Of a stretch of 64,000 nt of DNA, positions 59,715-64,000 are shown one piece after another. The notes beneath the pieces are model-generated. The model saw nothing but the letters and a program-made list of their open reading frames with translations, did not search any database and had not been told where the DNA came from. The DNA is from Saprospiraceae bacterium (GTDB lineage: Bacteria; Bacteroidota; Bacteroidia; Chitinophagales; Saprospiraceae), in the NCBI GenBank assembly GCA_024103005.1, contig JAGFJA010000071.1, positions 13,001 through 77,000 on the forward strand. The letters are read 5' to 3'. The position numbers were made by a program, and so were the translations under genes. The first letter of the stretch is position 1. The number at the start of each line of letters is the position of its first letter.

Positions 59715-59762
59715 ATCAAATACCCCAAACTTTTAAAGTATCAAAAGCTTGGGGTATTTGAT
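59715..59762. repeat. Perfect 14-bp inverted repeat with a 20-nt loop
   Basis: The arms are atcaaataccccaa (59715-59728) and ttggggtatttgat (59749-59762). Confidence 0.7.
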
Positions 59763-60048
59763 TAACTTTGAAGTGAATTTTATTCAAAAGTTATGTAAGA
59801 GATTAAACCTAAAAGGGAATTTGGCAAATTTGGTCGCTCGTATGTTCCAAACCTGGTAAATGATGACAATCAATACGAAATGCCTCAGTGGGCGGTGCAA
59901 TTTTTATTTATCTATGACCTATAATATAAGAGTCCTAAGCTATTCAACGAAATTTCGCTTTCATTATTCAGAAGAAGCGACAACTTCGATCCAGTAATTC
60001 TCTCACTGTTCGATTTGGTCTCGAATAATCCTGATTCTGCTTACTGCA

Positions 60049-60678
60049 CTAATCTATGAACCGATAAACAATACCCAATGAAATATTATCAGCTAATGAA
60101 AGACCTGAAAAACTTAGTTTAAAACTCTGGTCTTTTGTTATATCTTTTTGCTGTTGGAATAATAAACCATTAAAGTTGACTAAAACTCCCCATTTTGAAG
60201 CAATATCAATTAATGCTCCGAAGGGTACAGATATAGACAAAAAAACATCTTCCGAACTACCTAAGCCTTCTTGAGTATCTTGTCTGATGGTTTTCTTTGT
60301 CATTTTTGAATATCCGGATTTCAAACCAATATATGGATGTAAAAATCCATTTAAAAAATATTTTCTTACAAAAAGGGAGGCACTGTAAGCTTTACTTGTA
60401 GTAGTTGTGTAAAATACCGATCCCTGAAAATAACTTAAGTTATTGCGATCTGATCCCCAACCCCAGTATAAGCCAATTCCGGTTTGCAATTTCGGTGAAA
60501 GCCAAAAGCTAAATTCTGGTTCGATTTTCAAGTCGTCCCGTAGCCGTATTTTTTGTAAACCATTTTCTGCTTCGGTATGAAAATAGGAAACATTACCACC
60601 AACACTAAAAGAACTTTGGCATAAAAGATTAATAGAATTAGATATCAAAATGAATACCACTATTCCAATTTTCCTCAT
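60049..60678 (-). CDS. Small outer-membrane beta-barrel protein
   Basis: It has a signal peptide (MRKIGIVVFILISNSINLLCQ), an alternating amphipathic strand pattern, and an aromatic residue near the C-terminus (GIVYRFID). Its start overlaps the upstream stop as ATGA. Confidence 0.6.
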   Translation of the reverse strand: MRKIGIVVFILISNSINLLCQSSFSVGGNVSYFHTEAENGLQKIRLRDDLKIEPEFSFWLSPKLQTGIGLYWGWGSDRNNLSYFQGSVFYTTTTSKAYSASLFVRKYFLNGFLHPYIGLKSGYSKMTKKTIRQDTQEGLGSSEDVFLSISVPFGALIDIASKWGVLVNFNGLLFQQQKDITKDQSFKLSFSGLSLADNISLGIVYRFID

Positions 60679-63600
60679 AATTTCATCAATTTAAAAGTTT
60701 TGGTAAATCCCGATTCTGTCCTGACTTTTAAGAAGTAGATTCCTTTGGGTCCGTTAAAATCAATTGGGATCGCATCAGAATATTTTATTAATCTATTTTT
60801 AGTCAATAAAAGTCGTCCCAATTGATCAACTATTTCCAAAGATAATGTAGTTTTTCTGTCAGACATAAACTTTAAATAAAAAATTTCTGAACTTGGATTC
60901 GGGAATATTAAAACATCTGGATTTGTTCCTTCTTCTGAAATGTAATTTATATTAAATTCTCTTTTCGAAATTGGCGTACCTGGTAAAAGTGAATTGACAT
61001 CCCAATCTGATACATAAAAGCAGTTTTTTATTGAGTTTCCCACGTTATCACATTCTTCATGAAATATCTTATCGTAGTTTTTATATTTTTTCCAACAGAA
61101 GTTAGAAGCATTCGAACTATTTATTTCTATTTCCTTACCATCTGCGGTCATACAATCATCCCAATGCTCTTCAGGTATTGGACAAATAGAATCAATAGTT
61201 AAGCCATCTTCTACATTAGTATAATAAACCTGATTATTGAATTCGCACTCATCTGCTTTAAATGCATAGACACAATTATTTTCATCATCCTTACCATTAA
61301 CATACTTTCCATAAGTCATGATGCCATTTAATGTTTTTACTTTAGTATCACTACAATATATTTCAAAACTACATTCATCCCATTTATATACTGTATCTCG
61401 CAATCCACCATGAAGCGGGCCATACGGCTCGCCATTATAACAATAATCTTGCAGAATACAATTTTCTGCATCTATTATTACTTGCTGGACACCGACATAT
61501 TCGGTACCTATTTCATATCCGTCACTACAGTATTTTCTTCTATAACGACAGTCACTTTCAAGAAAATCTCCTAGATAAGTTGGGTTCTTATTATCAACAT
61601 CAATTCCATTACAGAAAATATGACAGTTATTATCTCTGGTCACATTGACAACTGATGTGATGGTATAGCATTGGGTAAAAGTACATAAATGGACATCTGT
61701 CACTGACACACAATATGTACCAACACCTAGATTAGTCAATAAGCTCGTTGTATCCTCGGTCTGCCATTGTATCGTGTAAGGAGTATCAACTTGATCTAAA
61801 TTCAAACTTATAGAACCGGCGGCATATCCAGGACAGGTGTGTGTTATATTGGCAGTAACCTGAGGCACAAATTCTTCACAACTCTTTACTTCAAAACATT
61901 CCGTCTTTGTAGAATACCCATTGTTAAGCGTAATGCAATACTGTCCTACACATAGATTCTGTGAATTTTCCAGAACGATTCCTTCAGGCATTTTTACAAT
62001 AGTAACAAGATTGGTTTGCGTAGGTAGCATATTATGAGTAAAATTTATGGCTCCATCGCATGATTGGTTATCGGATGTATAGACGATCTGAGTGCTTGTA
62101 AAACTTGGCACAGTCATATTGGGTTCAGGATCACGACCACCTCCATCCTTATAACAGCAATCAAATCGGATATTACCTCCACAGGATAGAATCCCATTTG
62201 AATCAAAAATACCAAATGAATATTCATAAGGTGCAGCATTGTTAAGCATATTTCCTGTCAGATATGGCGGAGTACAACATTGATTTCCTTGTTCCCAAGC
62301 TATAGTATAAGGATATTGGGAATTTACATTTACTGTTACTGTCCCATCATTTGGGTAACCGGCACATGTTGGGTTGTGAAAATCAGAATAATAAAATCTC
62401 AAATCCTGAACTAAAAAGGACTTTTCAAACTGACATCCAGTAAACTCATTGCTAAATACAATAGTATAATACCCTTCTTGTTCAATATTCAATAGTGAAA
62501 GGGAATGGTTGTTTTCAATGATATCACCGTCAAAATACCAGTCATAATACCAACCTGATTGTGCATCTTCCAATTCTTGGTCGCAGTTTAATCTGATTGA
62601 TCCTTTGTTTTGACCACAAATGTGGGATACCTGACCCTTAATGCTATTGTACAATTTAGGATCTTCAACAGAGAACGTGCCTTCAGCGGAACAGCCCGAG
62701 GTTGTATTTAATCTGTAAGTATAATTTCCGGATTCTGATATCTGAAGAAAAAGACCATTGTCTGATAGAGGTTGATTATTATAATACCATTCTACTTTGT
62801 CTTCTAGAGTCTCACCCTCTTTAAGTATTACTTCAACTTCCCATGGACCAGGTGATAAACATTCCGAATTTTGGGAAGGAGAAATTACTACATCCTGAAC
62901 TATATTGTCACATCCTTCAATCTCGAAACAAAGTCTCACCTCGCAGCATTCGTTGTACGTAATCTCGACACAGTAATCACCTGGATATAGTATTTGAGTT
63001 ATTCCTGTGCCTATGGTATTATTGTCTTTATCTTTCCAGATAGCAATATATCCATTAGGAATAGTAACGTTAGCATTTACACTAACCCGAGTTTTACCGT
63101 TACTGCCTAATACCTTTGTTTGAGTTATACTAAATGATTCATCAAAACTACAAAAAGGGCATTCTGATTCAGCCCTGATTTCTATATCTTCTTGTATTTG
63201 CGAGTTATTACATTCATTTTTTATAGTGAATGAATGATATGTATCCTTACCTACCTGAGTAGAAGTAGGATTAGGCAACCACAGTGTACCGGAAGTAGCT
63301 ATTCTTGACGGAATTCTTATTTCCTTGTCATCTTGGCTGTCTGTAGGGTAGGTTCTAACATTGATCAAAGCATTTCCACTCATGTCACTACCAGTAAACT
63401 CCATTGTATAAGTATTGGGTGCTAATGACAATCCGGAAATGATTTTAACCCACTTAACACCATCTGTGCTCGTCAATGTATATGGAACTGACGATATCTG
63501 AGGTATCTTACATGACAGAGACTGCATAGGCTCACTGGTATATACCAATATTTGCAAGTTAACCCCTTTTGTCCAACACCTGTTGTTGACCAATTTTCGG

Positions 63601-64000
63601 AATTTTACTTTTCCATCACCCGAAGTTGTGAGGTCGTCATCTGTACCCCATGAGGTCGCTTTGTACAATAGTTCGTTGCCACCGATAGGAGTCGGACCGT
63701 TGCCTGGCGCCCTCTTGGCTATTTCTACGTGGTTGATAAAGGGTTTGAAGTTGTCGATGGTGACTTGATAAGTATCCCACTGCTCCTGATTGGTGACAGT
63801 TGTCATCCGTGCTTCTATGTCATAATTACCGTCATTGTACTTCGCAGCTGATGGGAAGTCGGCGTATATGGCACTATTCCCGGGACAATGGCTCTTATGG
63901 ATTCGGGTGACAAAATCTGTGAAATAGTAATCATCTTCCGGTGTAGAGCTATATGCTTTTGGTACGATTCCATTCACCCCAGAATTAGCATCGGCACCCC
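60675..64000 (-). CDS. Very large Cys-rich secreted protein with SprB-type repeats and a T9SS C-terminal sorting domain. The N-terminus lies outside the window.
   Basis: The frame is open to the window edge. Repeated units include C.G...GSI.L...PYTI.W...GxYCVxVTD (e.g. HTCPGYAAGSISLNLDQVDTPYTIQWQ...GVGTYCVSVTDVHLC). The CTD is LIFPNPSSEIFYLKF...GIYFLKVRTESGFTKTFKLMKL. Confidence 0.75.
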   Translation of the reverse strand, partial: GADANSGVNGIVPKAYSSTPEDDYYFTDFVTRIHKSHCPGNSAIYADFPSAAKYNDGNYDIEARMTTVTNQEQWDTYQVTIDNFKPFINHVEIAKRAPGNGPTPIGGNELLYKATSWGTDDDLTTSGDGKVKFRKLVNNRCWTKGVNLQILVYTSEPMQSLSCKIPQISSVPYTLTSTDGVKWVKIISGLSLAPNTYTMEFTGSDMSGNALINVRTYPTDSQDDKEIRIPSRIATSGTLWLPNPTSTQVGKDTYHSFTIKNECNNSQIQEDIEIRAESECPFCSFDESFSITQTKVLGSNGKTRVSVNANVTIPNGYIAIWKDKDNNTIGTGITQILYPGDYCVEITYNECCEVRLCFEIEGCDNIVQDVVISPSQNSECLSPGPWEVEVILKEGETLEDKVEWYYNNQPLSDNGLFLQISESGNYTYRLNTTSGCSAEGTFSVEDPKLYNSIKGQVSHICGQNKGSIRLNCDQELEDAQSGWYYDWYFDGDIIENNHSLSLLNIEQEGYYTIVFSNEFTGCQFEKSFLVQDLRFYYSDFHNPTCAGYPNDGTVTVNVNSQYPYTIAWEQGNQCCTPPYLTGNMLNNAAPYEYSFGIFDSNGILSCGGNIRFDCCYKDGGGRDPEPNMTVPSFTSTQIVYTSDNQSCDGAINFTHNMLPTQTNLVTIVKMPEGIVLENSQNLCVGQYCITLNNGYSTKTECFEVKSCEEFVPQVTANITHTCPGYAAGSISLNLDQVDTPYTIQWQTEDTTSLLTNLGVGTYCVSVTDVHLCTFTQCYTITSVVNVTRDNNCHIFCNGIDVDNKNPTYLGDFLESDCRYRRKYCSDGYEIGTEYVGVQQVIIDAENCILQDYCYNGEPYGPLHGGLRDTVYKWDECSFEIYCSDTKVKTLNGIMTYGKYVNGKDDENNCVYAFKADECEFNNQVYYTNVEDGLTIDSICPIPEEHWDDCMTADGKEIEINSSNASNFCWKKYKNYDKIFHEECDNVGNSIKNCFYVSDWDVNSLLPGTPISKREFNINYISEEGTNPDVLIFPNPSSEIFYLKFMSDRKTTLSLEIVDQLGRLLLTKNRLIKYSDAIPIDFNGPKGIYFLKVRTESGFTKTFKLMKL

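Overview
This is a 64-kb chromosomal segment from a Bacteroidota genome. The assignment rests on several proteins ending in type IX secretion (T9SS) C-terminal sorting domains, a SusC/SusD pair, a hybrid two-component system, TTTG-N19-21-TAnnTTTG promoters, and many lipoprotein or signal-peptide proteins. Both window edges fall inside large T9SS cargo genes. Most of the window is housekeeping: rpsP, sdhCAB, map, cbpA/cbpM, an aminotransferase, hscA, yciH, rimP-nusA-infB, recX, metG, an MsbA-like ABC exporter and an aldose epimerase. Interspersed are outer-membrane uptake and regulatory modules: an HmuY-like protein with a TonB-dependent receptor, AraC with SusC/SusD, an orphan HTCS, and an MbnP/MbnH-like pair. 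I found no rRNA, tRNA, CRISPR array or intact transposon. The parts worth a second look are as follows. (1) The susD-rpn intergenic region holds a perfect 27-nt module present twice, each copy followed by its own terminator hairpin. One copy sits in the susD 3' UTR and the other behind a textbook promoter, which makes a candidate sRNA pair. (2) A Vat-family acetyltransferase gene is interrupted only by two in-frame TAG codons and lies next to an Rpn-family nuclease gene. (3) A roughly 1-kb ORF-free, strand-skewed region at 13.4-14.4 kb is full of nested inverted repeats. (4) An operon couples hscA to a beta-lactamase-fold protein lacking the Ser/Lys catalytic motif, followed by yciH. (5) An MbnP/MbnH-like module sits with an extra Cys-motif lipoprotein and an FAD oxidase. 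(6) A giant Cys-rich SprB-repeat T9SS cargo is translationally coupled to a small beta-barrel. All calls come from reading the sequence and the ORF translations and from remembered family motifs. No database search was run, so family names are hypotheses of varying strength, and I cannot show that any of these is a genuinely new system.
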